Below, in pieces: positions 39,011 through 47,747 of a stretch of 64,000 bases of DNA. Location: NCBI GenBank assembly GCA_016845345.1, contig JAERSV010000004.1:2083-66082 (forward strand), written 5' to 3'. The number at the start of each line of letters is the position of its first letter. Position 1 is the stretch's first letter. Source of the stretch: Methanobacteriota archaeon (lineage in GTDB: Archaea > Thermoplasmatota > Poseidoniia > Poseidoniales > Thalassarchaeaceae). The position numbers and the translations under genes were made by a program. Below the pieces are notes generated by a model. That model was given only the letters and a program-made list of their open reading frames with translations. It was not told the DNA's origin and did no database searches.

Positions 39011-39384
39011 CTATGTTGATTGATTCACTGAGGAGAGGACTCGCAAAATGTCTCTTTCAGTGATGATTCCAATTAATTCTTCATCGTTTTCATCCATTAC
39101 CGGAAGTCTGCGAATTCTGTTCCTTGACATCAATTGGATTGCTTACTCATGACTTTCTTAATAGGTGTAGACCATAGCCAATCAATATTTTCATCCATTA
39201 AATGTTGATGGAGCAAGCGAAGCAAATCAGACTCTGTGAAAATCCCTGTGAGAAAATCACCTTCGTCGGTCAAAATAATTGATCCTATTTTATTATTTAC
39301 CATGCGGTTAATAATCGTAGAAATTGGGGTAGAATTTTCAGCAGTAATGACATTTTGAGTCATTAATTTTGCGACTGTAATCAT
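39011..39384 (-). pseudogene. CBS-pair gene disrupted by an internal deletion/frameshift
   Basis: The frame stops at VMSKQSN* (39130). The rest of the second CBS domain (AIQLMSRNRIRRLPVMDENDEELIGIITERDILRV...*) continues in another frame to TAG at 39011. Confidence 0.85.
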
Positions 39385-39450
39385 CTGATAACCACCCTAC
39401 TCCATTTCGAAATTAGGTTTATTATTACCACTTATAAATTTAGGTTGTCA

Positions 39451-39873
39451 TTACCACTTCTGGCTGATAACGAGGTCTGGATAGTGTTTCATCATATCAG
39501 TCTGTGAAATAATGCCAACAAGAGTGGTGCCGCTAACTATCGGTATTCGTCGAAAATTGTAATCGGCCATTCGATTAATGACGCCATCAAGAGTTTCTTC
39601 AACTTGGACAGCGATCGCTGGTGCGGACATCCAATCTCTGACGATTTCATTTCCCATTTTTCCATTTTTTTTCGATACAGAACGGCAAATATCTCGTTCT
39701 GTAAGCATTCCAATTAAGTTTCCTTTATCGTCGGTTACGGGTAAGCCTCCGACAGCAAAAAGGTGCATCTTTTCAGCCGCTAAACAGAGTGAATCATCTG
39801 CTTCTACAGTAACAACATCTGGTTTCATACACTCACTTACTTCGTCAGAGGCGGACATTATTATCTTCTGCAT
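39451..39873 (-). CDS. CBS-pair domain protein
   Basis: M.PDVVTV...GGLPV...GMLTERD and WMSAP...RRIPIV...GIISQTD. Confidence 0.9.
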   Translation of the reverse strand: MQKIIMSASDEVSECMKPDVVTVEADDSLCLAAEKMHLFAVGGLPVTDDKGNLIGMLTERDICRSVSKKNGKMGNEIVRDWMSAPAIAVQVEETLDGVINRMADYNFRRIPIVSGTTLVGIISQTDMMKHYPDLVISQKW

Positions 39874-39910
39874 ATTTGACCCCAAGGGTAAGTTCTGATT
39901 GAGACGAACT

Positions 39911-39924
39911 CCGAACATATTCGG
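39911..39924. promoter_or_regulatory. Operator box CCGAACATATTCGG upstream of the CBS genes
   Basis: Identical to the 33851 copy; 38 nt upstream of ATG 39873. Confidence 0.8.
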
Positions 39925-39975
39925 GTTAAGGAATTTTTTTATATATGGCGAGATTTAGGGGATGACAGAATTGAA

Positions 39976-40470
39976 TTATACACGAATTATCGTTACTCCA
40001 AGCCAAAAAACAGTCAGAGATAATATCAAATTAATACGGCCAAAGAGTGTCATTCGACGTCGTAATGCAATTGCTTCGTTAGAATCAGGTTTTTCAACCC
40101 ATGTTGCAATTGCTTTTGGCCCAAGTTTGAAATCATGAATTGCTGCAATGATAAAGATAAGAGCCCCTCCAATCATTTTCCAAGCGATGGTTGAAGCGGG
40201 TTTTTGGGAATGTCTAGAACCTGAAGTGAACGCTTCCCAGCCCGAAATAATATCCGATAGAATAACTCCTGTAATAGCAATAGTAACGAGGCAGACCCAT
40301 CCCAACACTCTGAATTGTTTCCCGACATCATTGAGTATAATGACATACTCATCGCGCGAACGAGTTTTTTTCATGAACGGGACTAATACGAACGCATAGA
40401 ATATCATTGACCCAAGCCATATGGCGGCTGCGGTGAGATGAATGAATGTGAAGATGGGTCAAGACATCAT
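39976..40470 (-). pseudogene. CopD/DUF4149-like membrane protein with an in-frame TGA at codon 4
   Basis: Reads MMS*PIFTFIHLTAAAIWLGSMIFYAFVL...; the conserved first helix (HL.AA.IW.G) lies upstream of the annotated ATG 40407; TGA at 40459-40461. Confidence 0.7.
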
Positions 40471-40506
40471 GATGTCTCGGAGGGAACATGGTCGTTGAAT
40501 CGGTTA

Positions 40507-40520
40507 CCGAACATCTTCGC
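40507..40520. promoter_or_regulatory. Operator box CCGAACATCTTCGC upstream of the CopD-like gene
   Basis: 37 nt upstream of ATG 40470. Confidence 0.7.
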
Positions 40521-40559
40521 TTATGCATTGAGTGAAAATGATGATTGAAACCGACGTTC

Positions 40560-41417
40560 TTAGTTGCCGGTGAAGCGTGGTGTGCGTCGCTCTGAGTAGG
40601 CAGCAATCCCTTCCTTCGCATCATCGCTATTGAACAATGCTGCTTGTAATTCTCTCTCGAAAGCAAGGTGGTATTCAAATGGCATTTCTGGTCCTGATTG
40701 ACAACTACGCTTAATGTTGCCAACTGCCTTGGTTGCTTTGTATGGAAGTGTAAATTGACCAGCCCAGTCAAGAATGTCTTGACGGAAGTCAGTAGCGGAA
40801 CCATCCCAAAGATGGTTGATGAGGTTCAACTCAACACCTTTCTCAAAGGCAAGTAATTCACCCGAAACCATGTATTCAAGCGCTTTTGCCTTGCCTATTA
40901 ATCGGGTTAAGCGGGCAGTTCCACCGGTACCAGCAAGAACACCGAGGTTGATCTCAGGGAGACCCATTTTCCCTGCATCTTTGCGAGCGATTCTGATATC
41001 ACAAGCCATTGCGATTTCAAGACCACCGCCAACTGCGTGGCCATTGAGTGCTGCGATTACCAACTTTGGAGTCTGTTCTAAACGACTCAGAGTTTCATTT
41101 GCGTGAAGGCAAAAATTGTACTTGAATCCAGGCGTTACACTGTTTAGCATGTCAATGCTTGCACCAGCAGAAAAGAATTTCTCGCCATGTCCTATCATTA
41201 CGATAACATGAACATCGTCATCAAAACGGGCTTTGACAATTGCTGTGTCGATATCTCTCATCATTTCGTGAGTGTAGGTATTTGGTCCCATTGCACCTTC
41301 TTCCAAAGGAGCACCAGATGAGTCAGACGCGAGTTCAATTATCGCGATTCCATTATCGGTCACACCATAGTTCACAAGTTTGTTCGGCATTGCTTCAAGT
41401 TCTGGCCAACTAGTCAT
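40560..41417 (-). CDS. Crotonase-family protein, BoxC-like (single-domain epoxybenzoyl-CoA ring-cleavage hydrolase candidate)
   Basis: FFSAGASIDML...KYNFCLHANET resembles the BoxC N-domain; AVGGGLE and LPEINLGVLAGTGGT. Confidence 0.7.
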   Translation of the reverse strand: MTSWPELEAMPNKLVNYGVTDNGIAIIELASDSSGAPLEEGAMGPNTYTHEMMRDIDTAIVKARFDDDVHVIVMIGHGEKFFSAGASIDMLNSVTPGFKYNFCLHANETLSRLEQTPKLVIAALNGHAVGGGLEIAMACDIRIARKDAGKMGLPEINLGVLAGTGGTARLTRLIGKAKALEYMVSGELLAFEKGVELNLINHLWDGSATDFRQDILDWAGQFTLPYKATKAVGNIKRSCQSGPEMPFEYHLAFERELQAALFNSDDAKEGIAAYSERRTPRFTGN

Positions 41418-41599
41418 AGGCTATCGGCCTCGCGACTTGCGCCCAACATATCAATTGTACCCCACTCCCATAGGGAGTGTGGGAAGCAAGCAAATGGATT
41501 CAATTATTATTAGAAAAAGCCAATTTGAGTCTGAGTACTCCTTTACTATCCGCATTACTCAAGGGTGAGGGGCTTGTCGCAGTAGCCGGAGAGCGGTGT

Positions 41600-42826
41600 A
41601 TGCGCGAGGTAGTTGTAGTCTCAGCAGTTCGCACTGCAATTGGTAATCACGGTGGTGCTTTAGCGACAATTAGGCCGGATGATTTAGCCTCGCTTGTCAT
41701 CAAAGAGGCTGTTGAGCGAGCCGGAATCAAAGGAGATGAAATTGAAGAAGTCTATTTTGGTTGCACTAATCAAGCCGGTGAAGATAACCGAAACGTTGCC
41801 CGAATGGGATTACTTCTCGCCGGTTTACCAACATCTGTTGGAGGAGTCACCTTCAATCGATTATGTGCTTCTGGTTTGACAGCGCTCAATGCTGCGGCTA
41901 GAGCGATTCGCTGTGGTGAGGGCGATGTATACGTTGTTGGTGGAGTAGAATCAATGTCGCGTGCACCGTATGTAATGGCAAAACCAGAGAAGGGTTTTGC
42001 TATTGGAAATCCAGTAGTACAAGATACGACCCTCGGTTGGAGGTTTTCAAACCCACACTTAAAGGAAAATTATGGTAATGATGCTATGGGTGTTACTGCA
42101 GAAAATCTGAGGGAATTATCCACTGTTGATTTGAAGAATACCTCACGAGAATCTCAGGACAAATTTGCTCTAAATAGCCATACTAAGGCCGTTGAAGCAA
42201 TAGATTCAGGACGATTTAATGATGAAATTGTTGCTGTTGAGGTTGCTCAAAGAAAGGGTGACCCAATTATCTTCGATACCGACGAGAGGCCGAGGCGGGA
42301 CAGTACAATGGAAAAGTTGGGTGAATTGAAACCAGCGTTCAAAAAAGGTGGCAGTGTGACTGCTGCTAATTCTAGTGGCATCAATGATGGCGCCGCGGCA
42401 TTAGTCCTAATGAGTGCTGAAAAGGCAGACGAACTCGGATTAGATGTGATGGCTACTTGGCTTGCAAGTGGCGCCGCAGGTGTTGAACCGCGTACAATGG
42501 GTTGGGGGCCAATTCCGGCTACTAGAAAAGCCCTTGAAAGAGCGAATATGAAAATTTCAGACCTTCATTTGGTAGAACTAAACGAAGCGTTTGCAATCCA
42601 GGCTCTAACCTGCATTGATGAACTTGGACTTGATGAAGAAATAGTCAATGTCAATGGTGGAGCGGTTGCTCTTGGACATCCGCTTGGTTGTTCTGGAGCG
42701 AGAATAGTCGTAACATTACTTCATGAAATGGTCAAAAGGTCAGAAAATCATGATGGCGAAATGAATGGCCTTGCGACTTTATGCGTTGGTGTAGGCCAAG
42801 GCGAAGCTGCAATTTTTCAGCGCTGA
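41600..42826 (+). CDS. 3-oxoadipyl-CoA-type thiolase (PcaF/PaaJ-like)
   Basis: [41 protein letters not shown] and CVGVGQG. Confidence 0.9.
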   Translation: MREVVVVSAVRTAIGNHGGALATIRPDDLASLVIKEAVERAGIKGDEIEEVYFGCTNQAGEDNRNVARMGLLLAGLPTSVGGVTFNRLCASGLTALNAAARAIRCGEGDVYVVGGVESMSRAPYVMAKPEKGFAIGNPVVQDTTLGWRFSNPHLKENYGNDAMGVTAENLRELSTVDLKNTSRESQDKFALNSHTKAVEAIDSGRFNDEIVAVEVAQRKGDPIIFDTDERPRRDSTMEKLGELKPAFKKGGSVTAANSSGINDGAAALVLMSAEKADELGLDVMATWLASGAAGVEPRTMGWGPIPATRKALERANMKISDLHLVELNEAFAIQALTCIDELGLDEEIVNVNGGAVALGHPLGCSGARIVVTLLHEMVKRSENHDGEMNGLATLCVGVGQGEAAIFQR

Positions 42827-42914
42827 AACACCCGAATGAGGGTGATGCAAAACGGCGTTAGAAACGCTTGACTGGTCGTCCCCAAAACCGATTACTGAGG
42901 GGCTATTGATTAGA

Positions 42915-42986
42915 TACGAGTGCCGAGATTTGAACTCGGGTTCAGGCGTTGGCAACGCCCGGTGATAACCACTACACTACACTCGT
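42915..42986 (-). tRNA. tRNA-Gly(GCC), CCA not encoded
   Basis: Minus strand reads ACGAGTG...GGGCG-TTGCCAA-CGCCT...CCGAG-TTCAAAT-CTCGG-CACTCGT-A. Confidence 0.95.
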
Positions 42987-43140
42987 GTTGAGCCTCGCCA
43001 ACAGCCCCTACTTCATAACCGCTATGTTTCTGGATTTATGAATTAAGCATCAAACTCATTTTCAATAAATACAAACTTAGAAGTTCAATCAATTCCTTCA
43101 AGTCAAGAACCTCCCTCGGGAATGTGTAGGGGTTAGTCAA

Positions 43141-43452
43141 ATGCGAACCATATATGTTGGAAGGAAGCCAGTACACGCTTATGTTGCCGCTGTTTTGAGA
43201 GCAATGCAGGACGGAGATCGGGATGTTGAATTAGTTGCGAGGGGAAACTCAATGAGAACTGCGATTGATACCGCTGAAATATGCCGTAGACGTAATGGTA
43301 ACATCGCAGGTAATCTCCCCCCGGAAATGTTCAACAGGGGAGTTGAAATCGGTACAGAAGAGATTGAGATGGAAGATTCTGTCCGAGTTCTTTCCTATGT
43401 CAAGATTCACTTAGAAGGCATCGGTGAGATGCCTGATGATTCCGAAGAGTGA
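43141..43452 (+). CDS. albA: DNA/RNA-binding protein Alba
   Basis: IYVGRKPV..YV.AV, LVARG....AIDTAE and VEIGTEE. Confidence 0.88.
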   Translation: MRTIYVGRKPVHAYVAAVLRAMQDGDRDVELVARGNSMRTAIDTAEICRRRNGNIAGNLPPEMFNRGVEIGTEEIEMEDSVRVLSYVKIHLEGIGEMPDDSEE

Positions 43453-43488
43453 ATGTTAAACCTCTCTTTTTGCTTTAGTTGAACATAT

Positions 43489-43851
43489 TTATTCAACCAG
43501 ATGTCGGACATTACTTTCAATCTCATCTCGTATTTCTTGATACTTTTCAAGAACTCCGCCATAAGGGTCATCTAATTTCCAATCATCCTTGAATTTGATG
43601 TTTGGGCATGAAACACCACATCCCATTGAATATATTAGGTCAAAAGAATCTGTATCTACATCATCGATATTGGTTGGCACCTGATTGGAAATATCAATTC
43701 CCTTTTCAGCCATTACTTCAATTGCTTTTTTGGCAACAGATTTCCCGGGATGTGTGCCCGCTGACTGAGCTTCTAGTCCGTGATATTTTGCCCATCCCTC
43801 AGCCATCTGGCTTCGGCAAGTATTGCCGACACAAACGAATAATATTCGCAT
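43489..43851 (-). CDS. arsC: Arsenate reductase / low-molecular-weight PTP family
   Basis: FVCVGNTCRSQMAE, SAGT, MGCG.SCP and DDP. Confidence 0.88.
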   Translation of the reverse strand: MRILFVCVGNTCRSQMAEGWAKYHGLEAQSAGTHPGKSVAKKAIEVMAEKGIDISNQVPTNIDDVDTDSFDLIYSMGCGVSCPNIKFKDDWKLDDPYGGVLEKYQEIRDEIESNVRHLVE

Positions 43852-43899
43852 AAAATTATCACCAATCTGACACTTAATTAATGATGTAGAAATACCTCA

Positions 43900-46800
43900 T
43901 CAGAGTTCTTTATGAAATTCACTATTGAGGCCGAGTTGCTCATCAAGGCTTCCACCTCGTCGCATCATTACCACGATTGCAACACCGCCACCTAACATCA
44001 CGAAACCCAAAACAATCAGCACAATCATCACCGTTGAGCCCCAATCACCTAGTGCATCTGTTGGATTTGTTAGTGGGTCAACTTCTTTATCGGAAAGTTC
44101 CACAGTTGCTTCAAATACTGGATTTGTACTTTGTAAAAAGACATCAATTCCTCGGAAATCAAGTACTAAGGTGTCAACTGGTAGGCCTTCGCGAACAGTC
44201 ACTTGGATAGAATAGACTCCATCCCCAGCAACCTCATCTCCCTCTTGACCATCGTCTCTCATAGTTTGCCATGTTGTGTCTTGACCTACTGGAGCGAGCA
44301 TTCTCAACCTAGTTTGTACGACGGTTATTGAATCGTGGTCTGTCGCATTGACAGTTAACACGTAATTTGACGAGCCGTCACCGACATCAGGAATGATTAT
44401 TTTTTGGACTTCTGAGCCATCTTTCAGAATTCGGAAATCAGAAATTACCGGCCCACTATTTTCTATTAGCAGTGCAGGGATACTTGCAGTGGGTGCATCC
44501 CACGCATCGCCACCAACACCAGCCACAGAACTTGGCAGGTTAAGATGTGTCAGAAGTGCCCACCCGCCTCCACTATCCATTACTTTGACTGGAAGATATA
44601 AGTCACCAGGGCTGACAGTTTCTGGAATAGTTACCTCTCCACTCCAATAGCCTTCACCATCATCACTGAGAGGGAACAAATCCCCACCCTCAGCGATTAA
44701 ATCAATTCCAACACTAGTAATTGTAAGGCTGTCAAATGCCTTGATAGTCACCGTCACATTTTCACCTCGCTCAGCCTGTTCTTGGCTAAGAGTGAAGTCT
44801 ACAATTCTGGGTGCTCGGTGGACAACTTCTAGCGATGCATTTTCTGTTGTGCTAGTCCAAACATCTTCTGCAGTTACAGAAACCGAAATGTTTCCAGAGT
44901 CGGTTCCAAAGTACACAAATGAGCCAGTGTAAATGTCATCATGAACGATGATGTCACCTTCTTGACCGATATCATTCAATTGGATTGTTCCAAGTCCTAA
45001 TGTTGACAAATCAACATTTACTTCACGCATATTCCAATCAGGGTCACTGATTTCAACTTCAATGTGAACCAGATTTCCGCCTTCGTTGAGGACTCTATCC
45101 TCTTGCAGTCTCACATCAATAATTGTTGGAGGTGTATTCTCACCCGCTGTCACGATATTTGGTGAAAGCACTCTTTCAAGCGACTGGTTTTCCCAGAACC
45201 AAGCATCTTCTGTAGCATTAAAATCAATATAAACTTCCCTTGAGACTTCAGCTATCAAGCCAGCAAGTATTCCCTCATTGATGACTAATCCCGAAGCAGT
45301 GCTCTGTTCACTCAAGTATGTGCCACTCCACGAAGTAACGTCCATGGTGTGCCCGTCACGAGTATAAGATTGGTAAGAATTTGCAGTTAATTCCAAACTC
45401 ATCAGGTCACCAGAGTACAGTCCTAAGTTATCCCCAATTAGAAGTTCGGCTGGAGCCAAACCGGTCTCACGACTGATGTTGATGTCCCCTAGTCCAGAAT
45501 CCTCCTCTGTGGTATTTTCCTCTACCTCGGGTATTGGAGAATTGGGTGGCCACTCTTCACCTTGGCTTGGGTCGTTACTCTGTTCATACCAAGAGTAGTA
45601 GATTGTGCGGTTAGTGTAATTCTCGTAAATCACTTCATGGTCCCATGTTTCGTTATAGGTTTGTGAAGGTCCCATCCCTTCGAGTATACCACCACCTGTG
45701 AGGTTTAGCCAATCCTCTTGATGAATACGATTTACCTCCCACATTTGGCCAGTAGAGTTAGCAGATTGACCGCTGTCTTCAATTCTACGCCATAGACCAA
45801 ATTCACCAGTGGTGGCGCCAGTAATATCCGCGTCAATGTGTATGGTGTCGGCAACCTTGGTGCCATTCTCTGTTTCTTGATGAAGAAGAATTACTTCACC
45901 ATCTATCACGATTGAACCATTTTCATCGTTGGTATCTGAGAAGAAAAATGTGCCATCACCGTATGTTTTGTCATGTTGTAAAACCATCTCTCCGTTCTCA
46001 TATCTTTCGAGAACTAATAGTTGTTCAAGGTCAACATAAATGTAAGAACCAGATGATTGAATTTCTAATTCACCGGTTGCTTGGAACTCAGTGTGTTCAA
46101 GCACCCTTGCCCCATCTACATCGTGTAATTCAACTAACAAGAGAGAAATTTCTGCGTCAATATACATCTCTTCATCTTCATCAACATTAGTGATGTTCAA
46201 GTTTCCATTTGCTTCCAATCGTAGTTGTTCTTCAATGGTTCCATCAATCATTGAGCGTAGAATGTATGAATCAACCACGGATGCTGAAATTGTCATATTT
46301 CCGTCAGTATCATCGGTGATCGTCATATTACCAGCCCCAGCCATTTCGAAGATTTGGCTAGTTAGTTCTTCACCAACCATTGTCTCATTAAGCCAAATTC
46401 TGTTTAGGTCAAGAACAATCAGAATATTTGTTCCATCCTCAGATACCTCGTCAATTGTCAAACTTCCAGAACCAAGTTCATCATGAATCAACAAGCCGTC
46501 ACTACGTTGTTGCCATCCTTGTCCATTGAATTCAAGGAAGTACTTTTCACTAGATTGATTTTCTATTTTATGCAGTAAAGACCAATCAGTTGTGACCGTT
46601 ATTTCATGGTCTGCAATCGGTTGATTCCATATGGTTACATCAACAGTTCTTGTGATTGATGGCGATTCGCCAGATTCTAACCACACTTCTATTTCAATCG
46701 AATCACCGAATGAGATATTTGAGGGGGCTATAATACGGAAGTGGGTCGAGTTTACCGGTTCTAGCGAATAATTTGCATCACCCCAGCGGAATGTCCAGTT

Positions 46801-47046
46801 TCCTAGGAAGGTGCCATTTGAATCTGAGTGTAAAACTTCTACCTTCCAATCAGAAGGATTCGGGGCTTCACTGAATTCAATGACATAGGCGTGTTCCGCT
46901 TCGCCGTTTCCATCCTCATCAAGCCAGTCAATGTGGATGGATGCAGTTGGTAAACCGACCCCATCAGCAATCACAGGTGCACTAGACGTAATCAAGAAAA
47001 TCAGAATTATTGAAAACGCTGGCCACCGAGGTGCGACTCCTGTCAT
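43900..47046 (-). CDS. Large acidic cell-surface protein (1048 aa) with choice-of-anchor-X-like motifs and a C-terminal TM
   Basis: Signal peptide, LNDIGQEGDIIVHDDIYTG and MRDDGQEGDEVAGDGVYS, and a C-terminal TM followed by RR. Confidence 0.8.
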   Translation of the reverse strand: MTGVAPRWPAFSIILIFLITSSAPVIADGVGLPTASIHIDWLDEDGNGEAEHAYVIEFSEAPNPSDWKVEVLHSDSNGTFLGNWTFRWGDANYSLEPVNSTHFRIIAPSNISFGDSIEIEVWLESGESPSITRTVDVTIWNQPIADHEITVTTDWSLLHKIENQSSEKYFLEFNGQGWQQRSDGLLIHDELGSGSLTIDEVSEDGTNILIVLDLNRIWLNETMVGEELTSQIFEMAGAGNMTITDDTDGNMTISASVVDSYILRSMIDGTIEEQLRLEANGNLNITNVDEDEEMYIDAEISLLLVELHDVDGARVLEHTEFQATGELEIQSSGSYIYVDLEQLLVLERYENGEMVLQHDKTYGDGTFFFSDTNDENGSIVIDGEVILLHQETENGTKVADTIHIDADITGATTGEFGLWRRIEDSGQSANSTGQMWEVNRIHQEDWLNLTGGGILEGMGPSQTYNETWDHEVIYENYTNRTIYYSWYEQSNDPSQGEEWPPNSPIPEVEENTTEEDSGLGDINISRETGLAPAELLIGDNLGLYSGDLMSLELTANSYQSYTRDGHTMDVTSWSGTYLSEQSTASGLVINEGILAGLIAEVSREVYIDFNATEDAWFWENQSLERVLSPNIVTAGENTPPTIIDVRLQEDRVLNEGGNLVHIEVEISDPDWNMREVNVDLSTLGLGTIQLNDIGQEGDIIVHDDIYTGSFVYFGTDSGNISVSVTAEDVWTSTTENASLEVVHRAPRIVDFTLSQEQAERGENVTVTIKAFDSLTITSVGIDLIAEGGDLFPLSDDGEGYWSGEVTIPETVSPGDLYLPVKVMDSGGGWALLTHLNLPSSVAGVGGDAWDAPTASIPALLIENSGPVISDFRILKDGSEVQKIIIPDVGDGSSNYVLTVNATDHDSITVVQTRLRMLAPVGQDTTWQTMRDDGQEGDEVAGDGVYSIQVTVREGLPVDTLVLDFRGIDVFLQSTNPVFEATVELSDKEVDPLTNPTDALGDWGSTVMIVLIVLGFVMLGGGVAIVVMMRRGGSLDEQLGLNSEFHKEL

Positions 47047-47168
47047 AGGTAGACCTTCGTTCTGTTCCCTAATGAATCCTAACCCTTCACGTTAAATTGT
47101 ATTTAGCCTATTCTTCGGCCTTGGGATGCACCATAGGCTCAAGAATCAGGTATCTCAGAAGCGTTGGC

Positions 47169-47570
47169 TCAGAAAAGTGGTTCTTCATAGCCATCATCAG
47201 TACGATTCCAAATATCTGTTGACAAATCATCGTAGATATTGAATTCAGGGGAGTCTACTTCTTCTTCTTCCTCTTCCAAGTATCCGAGTGCTTTTTGAGC
47301 TAATTCAGCCTTAAATCTCCAATAGTGAATGCGCCATTCTCTGCCATCCCAAAGAGTGGTTTCTTCGGATTCGGTAGTCAATAGGTTATAATCCTGAAAA
47401 ATATAGAACAAATTTCTGTCAGTTGGTTCCAAAGCATTATCGATGATACGGTCATAATAACCAAAAAATCCCAGCGCATGTTCAGCCATGCTCTCGGCAA
47501 CAGTCTTTTCCATTTCTTTGTCAATATGCCGTTGAATTGCGGCAGTTAATCCAGCCATCGTCATTCCCAT
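47169..47570 (-). CDS. DUF6015-like conserved Thermoplasmatota protein
   Basis: FFGYYDRIIDNALEPTDRNLFY...EETTLWDGREWRIHYW. Confidence 0.75.
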   Translation of the reverse strand: MGMTMAGLTAAIQRHIDKEMEKTVAESMAEHALGFFGYYDRIIDNALEPTDRNLFYIFQDYNLLTTESEETTLWDGREWRIHYWRFKAELAQKALGYLEEEEEEVDSPEFNIYDDLSTDIWNRTDDGYEEPLF

Positions 47571-47747
47571 GAAAATCTCTCCTGTCTGAGTGCTCGGTCA
47601 AAATGATTGCACTCGGGTACACCTACTATTTGTACACCGCAATATATCAACAATCCGGTGAAAACGACCCGTAGGGTCGGTCCAGCACCAGTTTTGAACC
47701 GGCGAGAATGCATAAAACCAAACAAGCCGAGCAGGAATTTGAGAGAT

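Noticed and set aside
37372-39918. Shared 'MFG(I/V)RLN' N-termini as a leader-peptide family
   Set aside because: They arise from the ATG within the operator palindrome; better starts lie 45-57 nt downstream.
40459-40461. TGA as selenocysteine or recoding
   Set aside because: The position fits Trp, other genes use TGA as stop and TGG as Trp, and no SECIS or sel genes were seen.
33851-40520. The operator box as a LexA/SOS (Cheo) box
   Set aside because: The spacing is GAAC-N2-GTTC rather than N4, the targets are respiratory genes, and the host is archaeal with no lexA here.
41442-41455. CCCAACATATCAAT as a seventh operator upstream of the boxC-like gene
   Set aside because: The right half-site is absent and the spacing (25 nt) differs from the other sites.
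42830-43140. tRNA-Gly as an integration site for the cox block
   Set aside because: No duplicated tRNA 3' end or integrase was seen, and thiolase/boxC lie between the tRNA and the block.
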